The translations under genes were made by a program, and so were the position numbers. From Nitrospira sp. (GTDB lineage Bacteria > Nitrospirota > Nitrospiria > Nitrospirales > Nitrospiraceae), in the NCBI GenBank assembly GCA_047150005.1, contig AP038806.1, positions 3,488,001 to 3,552,000 on the forward strand: a stretch of DNA of 64,000 nt, in the 5' to 3' direction. The stretch's first letter is position 1. Every line of letters starts with the position of its first letter. Shown here piece by piece: positions 8,648 to 18,419 of this stretch. Below the pieces are notes generated by a model, which saw only the letters and a list, made by a program, of their open reading frames with translations, was not told where the DNA came from and did no database searches.

Positions 8648-11261
8648 ACTGCGGCGAAGTTTCCACCGCTACTTCGAACAACACGGGCATCGGTCCATTC
8701 CAAGCTCGCCGCTGATTCCGCAAGCAGATCCCACGTTACTCTTCACCAACGCGGGGATGAATCAATTCAAGCGGGTGTTCCTGGGCGAGGAGAGTCGCGC
8801 GTACAAACGGGCGGTGACGGTGCAAAAGTGTCTCCGGGCCGGAGGCAAACATAATGATTTGGAGAACGTCGGATACACTCGCCGACACCACACTTTTTTC
8901 GAGATGCTGGGCAACTTTTCGTTCGGAGACTATTTCAAGGCCGACGCCATCTTGTTTGCCTGGGAGTTCCTGACGAAATCGGTTGGGCTCGATCGCTCCC
9001 GCCTGTGGGTCACGATATTTCGCGAGGACGATGAAGCCGACGAGCTCTGGCGGAAGATCGGCGTGTCTCCGTCCCGCATCATGCGGTTCGGCGAGAAGGA
9101 TAATTTCTGGCAGATGGCGGATACCGGTCCCTGCGGACCCTGCTCGGAAATTCACTTCGATCAAGGGACGTCGGTTCCCGGCGACGACACCCCGAATGCG
9201 GCCGGAGACCGGGTCATTGAAATCTGGAACTTGGTGTTCATGCAGTACAACCGCGATGCTTCCGGCACGCTGCATCCTCTGCCAAAACCGAGCATCGACA
9301 CCGGGATGGGCCTCGAACGATTGGCCGCCGTGGCTCAAGGGGTCTACAGCAACTATGACAGCGACCTCTTCACGCCGCTGCTCTCGGCAATCGCTCGTCG
9401 TGCCGGAATTGCGTACGGCAGCAAGGAGGAGACGGACCGGTCGATGCGAGTCATCGCCGATCACTTGCGGGCCGTGACCTTTCTGATGACCGACGGCGTG
9501 CTGCCCTCCAACGAAGGGCGCGGCTATGTCTTGCGCCGCATCGTGCGTCGAGCCGCGAGGCACGGTCGGTTGCTCGGGATTGTCGAGCCGTTCCTGCACG
9601 AGCTGACCGCGGCGGTGGTGGAAAACATGGGAGACGCCTACCCCGAATTGAGAAGCGCGGCGGGAACGGTGGCCGAGGCGACAAGAGGAGAAGAAGAACG
9701 GTTCATCGCCACCTTGGATCAGGGATTGCCGATCCTGACCGATCTGGTAGACAAGACACGGTCGGCGGGCCGCACGGAGCTGGCCGGCGCCGATGTCTTC
9801 AAACTGTACGACACGTATGGGTTCCCCTTGGATCTGATCGGCGAAGCCTGCCGTGAGCAGGGTTTGACGATGGACGAAGAGGGGTTCGACCGGGCCATCG
9901 AAGAGCAGCGAAATCGCGCGCGGAAGACCGGAGGATTCGAACAGGAAACGGCGAGGCCCGGAGTGGCGGAATTGGCCGGACAGGTCGGCGCGACCACATT
10001 CGTCGGCTATGACCGGTTGGAATCGGACAGCGTGCTGCTGGCCATCTTGAAAGGAGATCGGATCGTCACGGAAGCGGCGGAAGGCGACGAAGTCGAGGTG
10101 GTGCTGGACGTCACGCCGTTTTACGCGGAGGGCGGGGGCCAGGTCGGCGATCAAGGTGTGCTGCTCGGGCTTGAAGGGCGTCTGGACGTCAAGGATACGA
10201 CCAGGCCGGCGCCGGCCCTCATTCTTCATAAGGGAACGGTAAGCAAAGGACGGATCAAACAGGGCGAGCCGCTTCGGGTACAAGTGAACGGCATGAACAG
10301 GCAGGATGCGGCGCGCAACCATACGGCGACCCATTTGGTTCATGCGGCCTTGCGGGATTTGCTGGGGCCCCACGTCAAACAGTACGGGTCGTTGGTGGCG
10401 CCTAACCGGTTGCGGTTCGACTTCGCGCATTTCCGGCCCCTATCGTCTCGAGATATCGACGAGATCGAGACGACCGTCAATGCCGAGATCAGAAACAACG
10501 AAGCCGTGCGGACCGAGGTCATGAGCATTCAGGACGCGGTGGCGAACGGCGCGTTGGCCTTCTTCGGCGACAAATATGGCGAGCAGGTACGGGTGGTGAC
10601 GGTCGAATCGTTCAGCAAAGAATTGTGCGGAGGTACTCATTGCCGCCACACCGGCGAGATCGGTCTGTTTCGAATCGTCTCCGAAACCGGTGTCGCGGCC
10701 GGGGTCAGGCGGATCGAGGCGCAGACGGGCAGTGGCGCGCTGGCCATGTGGAGAAAGCTTGAGGCGGAAGTGCGGGAGCTCTCCGATCTCTTGAAGGTCG
10801 GACAACCTGAATTGGTGTCCAAGACACGCAAGCTGATGACCCAACTCAAGGATAAAGAGCGAGAACTCGAAGAGCTGAAGTTGAAGATGGCCAGCGGCTC
10901 TTCCGTGGCCTCCACGGTGAGGACCGTGGCCGGGGTGTCCGTCCACGTCCAACGGGCGGACGGTATGGACATGGGCGGCCTTCGAGCCTTGGCCGATCAG
11001 ATTCGCGACAAGCTGCGGAGCGGCGTCGTCGCGTTGGGAGCCGCGACGGACGACGGCAAAGTTGCCTTGCTCGTGGTGGTGACTAAGGATCTTGCCGGTA
11101 AGATCAAGGCCGGCGACCTGATCAAGCTCATGGCGGCCGAAGTCGGTGGGACCGGCGGCGGGCGGCCGGAGATGGCTCAGGCGGGAGGGAAGGATCCGGC
11201 CAAACTGGATCGCGCGCTGGAAATGGTCTTTGATCTGGTTGAACGGGCGCAGCAGCGGTAA
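8628..11261 (+). CDS. alaS: alanine--tRNA ligase
   Basis: LLFTNAGMNQFK, HHTFFEMLGNFSFGDYFK, NHTATHL, ELCGGTH. Confidence 0.99.
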   Translation: MKNSTDELRRSFHRYFEQHGHRSIPSSPLIPQADPTLLFTNAGMNQFKRVFLGEESRAYKRAVTVQKCLRAGGKHNDLENVGYTRRHHTFFEMLGNFSFGDYFKADAILFAWEFLTKSVGLDRSRLWVTIFREDDEADELWRKIGVSPSRIMRFGEKDNFWQMADTGPCGPCSEIHFDQGTSVPGDDTPNAAGDRVIEIWNLVFMQYNRDASGTLHPLPKPSIDTGMGLERLAAVAQGVYSNYDSDLFTPLLSAIARRAGIAYGSKEETDRSMRVIADHLRAVTFLMTDGVLPSNEGRGYVLRRIVRRAARHGRLLGIVEPFLHELTAAVVENMGDAYPELRSAAGTVAEATRGEEERFIATLDQGLPILTDLVDKTRSAGRTELAGADVFKLYDTYGFPLDLIGEACREQGLTMDEEGFDRAIEEQRNRARKTGGFEQETARPGVAELAGQVGATTFVGYDRLESDSVLLAILKGDRIVTEAAEGDEVEVVLDVTPFYAEGGGQVGDQGVLLGLEGRLDVKDTTRPAPALILHKGTVSKGRIKQGEPLRVQVNGMNRQDAARNHTATHLVHAALRDLLGPHVKQYGSLVAPNRLRFDFAHFRPLSSRDIDEIETTVNAEIRNNEAVRTEVMSIQDAVANGALAFFGDKYGEQVRVVTVESFSKELCGGTHCRHTGEIGLFRIVSETGVAAGVRRIEAQTGSGALAMWRKLEAEVRELSDLLKVGQPELVSKTRKLMTQLKDKERELEELKLKMASGSSVASTVRTVAGVSVHVQRADGMDMGGLRALADQIRDKLRSGVVALGAATDDGKVALLVVVTKDLAGKIKAGDLIKLMAAEVGGTGGGRPEMAQAGGKDPAKLDRALEMVFDLVERAQQR

Positions 11262-11265
11262 ACTT

Positions 11266-11829
11266 ATGCAAGGCCGACGTATCTTGGCCCTCGATTACGG
11301 AACCAAGCGGATCGGGGTCGCCCTCAGCGATGAGTTGGGCTGGACCGCACAGCCGCTCGAGACGTTTGAGCGCCGCACCCTTGATCGGGATATCGAACAT
11401 GTCGCCTCGCTGGTCGGTGCCCACGAAGTCGGACGGGTGGTCCTGGGGTTTCCGCTTCAGTTGGACGGACGGGAAGGGCCGGCGGTTCAGGCGATGCGGC
11501 AATTCGTCGACCGTCTGGAACGACGTCTGCCGGTGCCGGTCGTCCTCTGGGACGAACGGATGACGACCAAGGCGGCGGAGGACTTGCTGATCGCCGCCGA
11601 TGTGAGCCGGAAGAAGCGCAAGGGCGTCGTCGATCGTGTGGCCGCCGCGATCTTGTTGCAAAGTTATCTGGCGAGCCTGGCGCCACCGCCTTCCGGCGCA
11701 GACGGCGATTCCGATTTCGAGGAGGCATCGCTCGCACACGCTCATGACATCCCGGATCACCCTCATGCTGCTCCTGTCCGTGGTCGTCGCGCTGGGCGTG
11801 GCCGTCTATCGCGTGATGAAATGGGCTGA
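11266..11829 (+). CDS. ruvX: YqgF/RuvX pre-16S rRNA nuclease
   Basis: ILALDYGTKRIGVA, WDERMTT, VDRVAAAILLQSYL. The C-terminal extension overlaps mltG. Confidence 0.92.
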   Translation: MQGRRILALDYGTKRIGVALSDELGWTAQPLETFERRTLDRDIEHVASLVGAHEVGRVVLGFPLQLDGREGPAVQAMRQFVDRLERRLPVPVVLWDERMTTKAAEDLLIAADVSRKKRKGVVDRVAAAILLQSYLASLAPPPSGADGDSDFEEASLAHAHDIPDHPHAAPVRGRRAGRGRLSRDEMG

Positions 11830-12778
11830 AGCGCCGGTCGTTTCCGATCAGGACCATCCCGCTTCCAAAGTCGTGACGATTCCAGATCGCTCCACGTTTT
11901 TCCAAGTCGCAACCCTGCTCGAACAAGAAGGTTTGATCAAGAGCCGCTCGGCCTTTGTCCTGCTGGGACGGTCCCAGTCGGCGGACAGGCGGATCCGCGC
12001 CGGAGAATATGAACTCAATTCAGCGATGGCGCCGGCGGACATTCTTGCCAAGTTGCTCAGCGGGCAGGTGGTCCTGCACCCGATCACCGTACCGGAAGGG
12101 CTGGCCATGGTACAGATCGCCGCGTTGATGGAGCAGCATGAGGTCGCGGACCGGACCGACTTTCTGAAACTGGCGCGGGATGGTTCGTTCATCGCGTCGT
12201 TGGGTCTGAAGGTGGACAGCCTGGAAGGCTATCTCTTTCCGGATACCTACAAGTTTCCCAAGGCCGTCAGAACGAAGGACATCCTTGCGACCATGGTGGA
12301 GCATTTTCGACAGGCGTATCGTCCGGAGTTGCAGGCAAGGGCCGACGACATGAGGATGACGCAACATGAGGTCGTCACGCTTGCCTCGGTCATCGAGAAA
12401 GAAACCGGGGCGGACGCGGAGCGGGCGGAGATCTCCGCAGTCTTTCATAACCGATTGCGCAAGCACATCCCGTTGCAGAGCGATCCGACGGTCATTTACG
12501 GTTTGACCGGCTTCGACGGCAACATCAGGAAGAAAGACCTCTCCAGCCCGAGCCCCTACAATACCTACCGGGTTGTGGGCTTGCCGCCCGGCCCGATCGC
12601 GAGTCCGGGTCTCAGAGCCATCGAAGCGGCATTGTACCCTTCGAATTCACGCGCCCTGTATTTCGTGTCGCGCAACGACGGCACTCACCATTTTTCCTCG
12701 ACGCTCTCCGAGCATAATCAGGCGGTCGAGAAGTATCAGAAACGGCCGTTCAGACGCGGTGCTCTACCGCGCACCTGA
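11744..12778 (+). CDS. mltG: endolytic transglycosylase MltG (YceG)
   Basis: N-terminal TM; LEGYLFPDTY, LASVIEKET, LQSDPTV, SPYNTY, GLPPGPI. Confidence 0.95.
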   Translation: MTSRITLMLLLSVVVALGVAVYRVMKWAEAPVVSDQDHPASKVVTIPDRSTFFQVATLLEQEGLIKSRSAFVLLGRSQSADRRIRAGEYELNSAMAPADILAKLLSGQVVLHPITVPEGLAMVQIAALMEQHEVADRTDFLKLARDGSFIASLGLKVDSLEGYLFPDTYKFPKAVRTKDILATMVEHFRQAYRPELQARADDMRMTQHEVVTLASVIEKETGADAERAEISAVFHNRLRKHIPLQSDPTVIYGLTGFDGNIRKKDLSSPSPYNTYRVVGLPPGPIASPGLRAIEAALYPSNSRALYFVSRNDGTHHFSSTLSEHNQAVEKYQKRPFRRGALPRT

Positions 12779-12827
12779 TCCGATCCGGATCGAGGGTCTC
12801 TGTTCACCGACTGATGTGGAAAGGAGC

Positions 12828-13511
12828 ATGATGAGCGATGGATCGTGGAATCTGCCCGCGCTGATCGACCATACGCTTCTGCGTCCGGAGGCAACCAGAC
12901 ACGATGTGTTGCGGCTCTGCGAAGAGGCTCGGACGCACGGCTTCCCGGTGATCTTCGTGCCGCCCTGTTATGTCGAGGAGGCGGTGGAGACCGTGGCCGG
13001 TGCCGCGATTCGGGTGGGCATTCCGGTCGGCTTTCCGCTCGGCGGCCACTCGACTGCGGCCAAGGTCGCGGAGGCCGTGGACGGCGTGGCGCGGGGCGCC
13101 ACGGTGGTTGATATGGTGATCAACGTCAGCCGCCTGAAATCGGGCGATGTTGAGGCCGTCCGGCGGGACATTGCCGAGGTCGTGGCGGCGACGGTCTCCG
13201 CGGAGCACAAGGTCATCATCGAGACCTGCTACCTCACGCTAGAGGAAAAGATTACGGCCTGCCGTCTTGCCGTGGAGGCAGGGGCGGACTACGTGAAGAC
13301 TTCGACGGGATTTGGTCCCGCAGGGGCGACCGTGGCCGACGTGAAATTGATGAAGGAGCAGGTCGGCGGGAAGGCCAAAATCAAAGCGTCTGGCGGCATT
13401 AGAAACTGGGCCGTCACGCGAGCGTTGCTGGAAGCGGGAGCCGATCGGATCGGCACGAGCGCCGGCCTGGCGATCGTCGCGGAGTGGAAACAGGAGCGTC
13501 ACGCGCCGTGA
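12828..13511 (+). CDS. deoC: deoxyribose-phosphate aldolase
   Basis: IDHTLL, DMVIN, KVIIET, VKTSTGF, KASGGIR, RIGTS; AAGGAG RBS. Confidence 0.95.
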   Translation: MMSDGSWNLPALIDHTLLRPEATRHDVLRLCEEARTHGFPVIFVPPCYVEEAVETVAGAAIRVGIPVGFPLGGHSTAAKVAEAVDGVARGATVVDMVINVSRLKSGDVEAVRRDIAEVVAATVSAEHKVIIETCYLTLEEKITACRLAVEAGADYVKTSTGFGPAGATVADVKLMKEQVGGKAKIKASGGIRNWAVTRALLEAGADRIGTSAGLAIVAEWKQERHAP

Positions 13512-13563
13512 CGAACTGCACGACGTTTCGCCCTGCACCGGCTTCTGTTATAGTGCGCGCATC

Positions 13564-14715
13564 ATGAAGCGCGTCATTCTGTTCGTAGTGGGAGGGTTTG
13601 GAATCGGTGCCCTGCCGGACGCCGACGACTACGCCGATGCCGGGACCAATACCTTGGCGCATCTTGCCGAGGAGACCGGCGGGGTGAATCTCCCCACGCT
13701 GCAATCGTTGGGTCTCGGCCACTTGGGCGGTGTCCGCGGTGTGCGAGTGATGGCACAACCCAGCGGCTGCTTCGCTCGGCTCGCTTTCCAATCCAATGGA
13801 TGTGATTCGCTCCTAGGAAACTGGGAACTGGCCGGATGCATCGTCACTGAGAAAGCGACCGACTATTCGAGCGGTTATCCCGAAAAACTTCAGTCCGAGT
13901 TGGAGCAGATTTTCGGAAAAACCTTGGGCAACCGGGTTGCCTTCGGTCCTGCGCTCCTCCAGGAACTGGCAACGCAGCACCTGTCGTTGAAGGCACCGAT
14001 CCTTTGGACGGACGGTCGACGGACTTGCCATGTCGCCGCACATGAGACCGTGCTGGCGGCGGACCATCTTATGCGCTTGTGCCGGGAAGCCCGCAGGGCC
14101 TTGAAGGAGCCGTGGGGAATTTGGCGGGTTGTGGCCCATCCCATAACGGGACAACCGGGAGCCTGGCGCTACAAATCCGGTCGACGTGATTTTGCCGTTG
14201 AGCCGCCGGCTCAAACCATGTTGGACGTGCTTGGCCGTGCCAATCAGATTCTGATCGGTGTAGGGAAAGTCGGGGATCTGTTCAGCGGCAGAGGATTTAC
14301 CAGGACGCTTCAGTCGGCGTCGTGGACCGCGGCATTTGAAGAAGTCGACGGCATGCTCAACAAAGTGCCGCGTGGTCTGATCTATGCCGGACTGGACGTA
14401 TTTGATGACGAGCCGGCCGGATCCGTGGCGTCGCTCCACGAATTCGATCGACGACTCCCCCATGTGCTCGAGCAGTTGCGGCCGGGGGATCTTCTCATCG
14501 TGACGGGGGATCACGGACGGCATCCCGGCAAGAAACATCGCCTGCCGACCAGGGAATATGTGCCGCTGCTTGTCACCGGGCCCAAGCTGGCTCAGGGAGT
14601 CAATCTTGGCGTGCGCCCGAGCGCCGCCGACCTTGGACAGACCGTCGTGGAAGCGCTCCTCGGTGAGCCGTTGCCGGTAGGAGAGAGTTTCCTGGACGCG
14701 CTCCAGGCGGGGTAG
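13564..14715 (+). CDS. deoB: phosphopentomutase-like protein with degenerate active site
   Basis: DeoB pattern along the whole length (GIGALPDA, TLAHLA, WELAG, AAHE, RRDFAV, GKVGDLF, TGDHG, TREYVPLL), next to deoC; several metal ligands are changed. Confidence 0.8.
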   Translation: MKRVILFVVGGFGIGALPDADDYADAGTNTLAHLAEETGGVNLPTLQSLGLGHLGGVRGVRVMAQPSGCFARLAFQSNGCDSLLGNWELAGCIVTEKATDYSSGYPEKLQSELEQIFGKTLGNRVAFGPALLQELATQHLSLKAPILWTDGRRTCHVAAHETVLAADHLMRLCREARRALKEPWGIWRVVAHPITGQPGAWRYKSGRRDFAVEPPAQTMLDVLGRANQILIGVGKVGDLFSGRGFTRTLQSASWTAAFEEVDGMLNKVPRGLIYAGLDVFDDEPAGSVASLHEFDRRLPHVLEQLRPGDLLIVTGDHGRHPGKKHRLPTREYVPLLVTGPKLAQGVNLGVRPSAADLGQTVVEALLGEPLPVGESFLDALQAG

Positions 14716-14797
14716 GAATTGGGGTAACAGAGGTAGAGGGATAACGGGGCAACGGGTACCCCCTTACCCCTCTAGTATCCCGTTACTCCCTAATCCC
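14715..14797. repeat. imperfect palindrome of ~8-nt repeats (GGGGTAAC-like / GTTACCCC-like)
   Basis: Read directly from the sequence between deoB-like and Rid genes. Confidence 0.65.
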
Positions 14798-14831
14798 ACG
14801 AGTGCAATCAGACAAGGGGAGCAGAAGGATA

Positions 14832-15290
14832 ATGGGATATGAAGCGAAATTAAAAGAGCTGGGTATCGAATTACCGCAACCTCCGAAGCCGGTCGCCACC
14901 TATGTGCCGGCGGTGCGGACGGGTGATCTGTTGTTCTTGTCCGGCGTGCTGCCGATGCAACAGGGGCAGCTGGCCTGGTCGGGAAAACTCGGCCGCGAAT
15001 TGCGCGTCGAGCAAGGAGTTGAGGCTGCCAGAACGGCGCTGCTCAACGCGCTCGCGATCGCCAAGCAGGAACTCGGCACGCTGGATCGCATCGTGCGCAT
15101 CGTCAAAGTCGTGGGGTATGTCGCGTCCGCCGACGGATTTACCGATCATCCCCAGGTGCTCAACGGCGCATCCGACTTGCTTGTGGCTATTTTCGGCGAA
15201 GCGGGGCGTCACGCCAGAGTGGCGGTCGGGGCGGTGGAGTTGCCTCGCGGCGCGGCCGTCGAAATCGAACTCATTGTGCAGGTCGCCTGA
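14832..15290 (+). CDS. Rid (YjgF/YER057c/UK114) family protein
   Basis: LPQPPKPVATYVP, LSGVLP, NGASDLL, GRHARVAVG, LPRGAAVEIE. Confidence 0.9.
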   Translation: MGYEAKLKELGIELPQPPKPVATYVPAVRTGDLLFLSGVLPMQQGQLAWSGKLGRELRVEQGVEAARTALLNALAIAKQELGTLDRIVRIVKVVGYVASADGFTDHPQVLNGASDLLVAIFGEAGRHARVAVGAVELPRGAAVEIELIVQVA

Positions 15291-15342
15291 TTGCTGCTTT
15301 GGCCGACGTCACCTTGAGTCCGACCGTCGCAGCGGCGTCGGC

Positions 15343-15372
15343 TTGACACCCGAAAAAACCGCTTGCTATAGT
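15343..15372 (+). promoter_or_regulatory. sigma70-type promoter of the IPT/TIG-YCF48 operon
   Basis: TTGACA (15343-15348), 18-nt spacer, TATAGT (15367-15372) preceded by extended -10 TG. Confidence 0.65.
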
Positions 15373-15496
15373 CCGAAAGCCGCGTTGATTCACGTTGTAC
15401 CCCCCGAACTTCCCTCCTTCTCCGGTGCGTGGGGTTCTCGTGCCACGCAGGGTGGGTTGTGTCCCCGTCCAATCGCAAAGTCGGAGTTCGACAATC

Positions 15497-17176
15497 ATGA
15501 GAGTGCTGATCAGCCTGCTGGGAGGCCTGCTTCTTTCCTGGGTCACGGTGTTTGACGCAGAGGCGGCCGGACCGTCGTTGCAGGTGCAACCCTCGACCGG
15601 CGTTCCCGGTTCCACAGTCACCATTGTCGGGAAAGGTCTGGGGCCGTTCAAGTCGACACAGTTCAATCGTGTGACGTTCGGTGGATACGCCGCGCTCATT
15701 CAGCGCTGGGACCCGGAGGCCATCGAAGTCAGAGTGCCGTCCAAAGCTCCTTCAGGTCCGGTCGAGGTGATTGCCGGGAAAAAGCGTCTCTCCGCCGGAA
15801 CCTTCACCGTGGTCTATCCCAAGATCATCTCGATCCAACCGTCGGAGATCGAACCGGGCCACAGCGTCGAGATTCTGGGCGAGCATTTCGGCTTCACGGC
15901 GGGGCCGCGCGATCCGAATACGATGTTCGGCGTGAACGATGTGGTGGTCGGGGGACTCGTCGTGCGGCCGCGCCGATGGAAGGACGACAGGATCGAAGTG
16001 GAGATTCCCGCCAATGCGACGTCCGGTGATATGGCTGTACGGCTGTCTTCGTCGGATCCGTTACCGGATGGATCCTGTTGCACTCCAGTGCAACATACGA
16101 TCAGTAATCGTCTGCCGCTCACGTTGATCCCAAGCGTCCGGGTTGATCCGTTGAGCGGTCCGGTCGGGACCAAGGTCGTGCTGTTCGGTCAGGGGTTCGG
16201 GGCCGAGAGGGAACCCGGCGACGACGTATCGTTCGGCGGACATCCTGCCGCGGTTGCGCAGTGGACGGATCGCGCGATCGTCGTCCATATACCGTTGAAC
16301 ACGGAAACCGGACCGGTTGTGCTGAGCCGCGGGGGAAAAGATCGGACTGTAGGGACGTTCACGGTACAAACTCCTAAAGCCACCGGTGTTGCTCCGGCCA
16401 GCGCCCCTATTGGAACATTGATCAGAATCAGCGGCGAGCATTTCGGAGCCTATTCCGAAAGCGGAGCTACTCCGTACAACTACATGGATTTCAATACCGG
16501 GCAGAACCGCGTGGAAATCGGCGGCGTTCCGGCGGTGATCTACCGGTGGCATGAAGACCGTATCGATGTCTGGGTGCCGTTCAGCGCTAAGAGCGGTCCC
16601 GTCGTCGTGAAACGCGGCGCGCCCAAACCGAGCGCGGACGGGTCCTGTTGTGCGGAGACGGGGATTGTGACGACCGAAGCCGGGACGTTCACCGTGGTGG
16701 TGCCGGCCATCGAGTCATTTTCACCAAAATCCGCCGGCTTGGACGACGTCGTGACCATCAAGGGTTCAGGATTCGGCGCCTTCATTAAGACGACGGAGGC
16801 GACCCAGCCCGGGCTCGGCGAAGGGGCGTTCAAACGGAACCAAATTGAACTCGGAGAAAACGTCTCGCGGACTGAGGTTCTGTTCAACGGCATCGGAGCG
16901 ATCGTGATCTCCTGGACCGACCAGGAAATCAAGGTTCGTGTTCCCCGCCGGCATCTTTTCGGAGTCGGGAGACCGGGGCAGTTCGACACCGATCTTTCAA
17001 CCGGTCCGCTTATCATCCGCCGAGGCTCCTGGGATCTCCTTCCGGACGGGGCCTGTTGCACTGCCAAGAAATGGCTGACGCTTGAGGCCGGTACCTTCAC
17101 GATCGAGGCGAAAGGGTTGCCCGACCCCAGCTATTACGAGACGAATCGCCCGGAAGCCGCCGACACGACGCAATGA
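15497..17176 (+). CDS. exported IPT/TIG-repeat protein (about 5 Ig-like repeats)
   Basis: Signal peptide (AEA); repeated P.G..VTI.G..FG...V.FGG..A....W....I.V.VP pattern; three DGxCC motifs. Confidence 0.8.
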   Translation: MRVLISLLGGLLLSWVTVFDAEAAGPSLQVQPSTGVPGSTVTIVGKGLGPFKSTQFNRVTFGGYAALIQRWDPEAIEVRVPSKAPSGPVEVIAGKKRLSAGTFTVVYPKIISIQPSEIEPGHSVEILGEHFGFTAGPRDPNTMFGVNDVVVGGLVVRPRRWKDDRIEVEIPANATSGDMAVRLSSSDPLPDGSCCTPVQHTISNRLPLTLIPSVRVDPLSGPVGTKVVLFGQGFGAEREPGDDVSFGGHPAAVAQWTDRAIVVHIPLNTETGPVVLSRGGKDRTVGTFTVQTPKATGVAPASAPIGTLIRISGEHFGAYSESGATPYNYMDFNTGQNRVEIGGVPAVIYRWHEDRIDVWVPFSAKSGPVVVKRGAPKPSADGSCCAETGIVTTEAGTFTVVVPAIESFSPKSAGLDDVVTIKGSGFGAFIKTTEATQPGLGEGAFKRNQIELGENVSRTEVLFNGIGAIVISWTDQEIKVRVPRRHLFGVGRPGQFDTDLSTGPLIIRRGSWDLLPDGACCTAKKWLTLEAGTFTIEAKGLPDPSYYETNRPEAADTTQ

Positions 17177-18141
17177 AATCCTTGGTGTCTTCCGCCGCGA
17201 TCCTGTTTGCTTCCTTCCTGCTCGCCGCGAGCCTGTCCATGGCCGGTGATGCGGCAGTCTCCGTCACCAAACAGGTCAGTCATACGGAAGCCACCTTGCT
17301 GGGCCTGACCTTCAAGACTCCTCAACTCGGATGGGCGGTCGGCTCCGGCGGAACGGTCCTGAAAACCGTAGACGGCGGGAAGAAGTGGAAGCGGATCTCC
17401 AGCGGTACGTCTGCACTCTTAACGAACGTCTATTTCCGCGACCACAAGACCGGATGGGTCATCGGCGCCAATGGCACCGTTCGTCGTACCGGCGACGGAG
17501 GAGAGACCTGGACGGCGCAGCCGGTGGACACCCAGGCTCCGCTCTATGGGATCAATTTTGCCTCGCAGTCTCAGGGATGGATTGTGGGCGGCAACGGGAC
17601 AATTCTTCACACGGAGGACGGCGGTTCTCATTGGACGGAGCAGGCGAGCAAGACCAACGCGGCGCTCTACTCCGTTCAATTTGTCTCTGAGCAGCACGGC
17701 GTGGCCGTGGGAGCGGTCGGTACCGTTGTGGTGACGGACGACGGCGGCGCGACGTGGGTTGTCCAAGAGCCCCAGGGCTCCGTGACGTTCTTCGACGTGT
17801 TTTTCTCCGACCAGTCCACGGGGTGGGCGGTCGGCAACGCCGGAGCATTGTTTCATACGACGGACGGCGGCAGGCAGTGGATCGATCGGACCCTGCCTTG
17901 CACGACGCAGTCTTGCACTAAGTTGACCGATCTGTTGCGTGTACGTTTCACCGACCCCCAGGCCGGCTGGATCGTCGGCGAGCGCGGGATGCTGTATCGT
18001 ACGGTCGACAGTGGATTCACCTGGCGGGAGCAGGGCTCCATCGCCGGCGTTTCGCTCTTCGGCCTGGCGTTTCCCGAGCCCAAGCAAGCCTGGGCTGCCG
18101 GCGAGAAGGGCACGATCGTGCAGCTGAAAATCGGCAAATAA
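17173..18141 (+). CDS. exported YCF48/BNR-repeat beta-propeller protein
   Basis: About 7 repeats of GW.VG..G.V..T.DGG..W; ATGA overlap with the upstream gene. Confidence 0.85.
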   Translation: MKSLVSSAAILFASFLLAASLSMAGDAAVSVTKQVSHTEATLLGLTFKTPQLGWAVGSGGTVLKTVDGGKKWKRISSGTSALLTNVYFRDHKTGWVIGANGTVRRTGDGGETWTAQPVDTQAPLYGINFASQSQGWIVGGNGTILHTEDGGSHWTEQASKTNAALYSVQFVSEQHGVAVGAVGTVVVTDDGGATWVVQEPQGSVTFFDVFFSDQSTGWAVGNAGALFHTTDGGRQWIDRTLPCTTQSCTKLTDLLRVRFTDPQAGWIVGERGMLYRTVDSGFTWREQGSIAGVSLFGLAFPEPKQAWAAGEKGTIVQLKIGK

Positions 18142-18158
18142 CGGCTGGGTAGGTTCGA

Positions 18159-18380
18159 AGCGGGTCCTGTTGTCGATCATGGCTCGGCCTCGCACCTCGC
18201 CCGGTGTGGGGACCCCAGTGCGAGGGAGCCATCGATCGACGCCACCCGCTGCGTAATTTCCGTCTGCCCCGGCAAAACAGCCTCCTTTCAGAGCACTGGG
18301 AAAAGGGGGGAAGACGCCCGACCGCGCCTTGTGCTTGCTGAATGTTGCACACAAGAAGAGGGGTTGTTTGTCCGGGCGGG
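18159..18380. other. highly structured intergenic element (two long stem-loops)
   Basis: Nested complementary segments AGCGGGT/ACCCGCT, GTCGATC-ATGGCTC/GAGCCAT-CGATCGAC and CTCGCAC/GTGCGAG; a second imperfect stem spans about 18263-18380. Confidence 0.55.
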
Positions 18381-18419
18381 TGAGAAAGCGCGCACGATTG
18401 AGACGATTCGGTCCGGCCG

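Noticed and set aside
11744..11829. 86-bp ruvX/mltG overlap as a programmed frameshift or fusion
   Set aside because: Both domains are complete. The overlap is a low-complexity RuvX tail with no slippery site.
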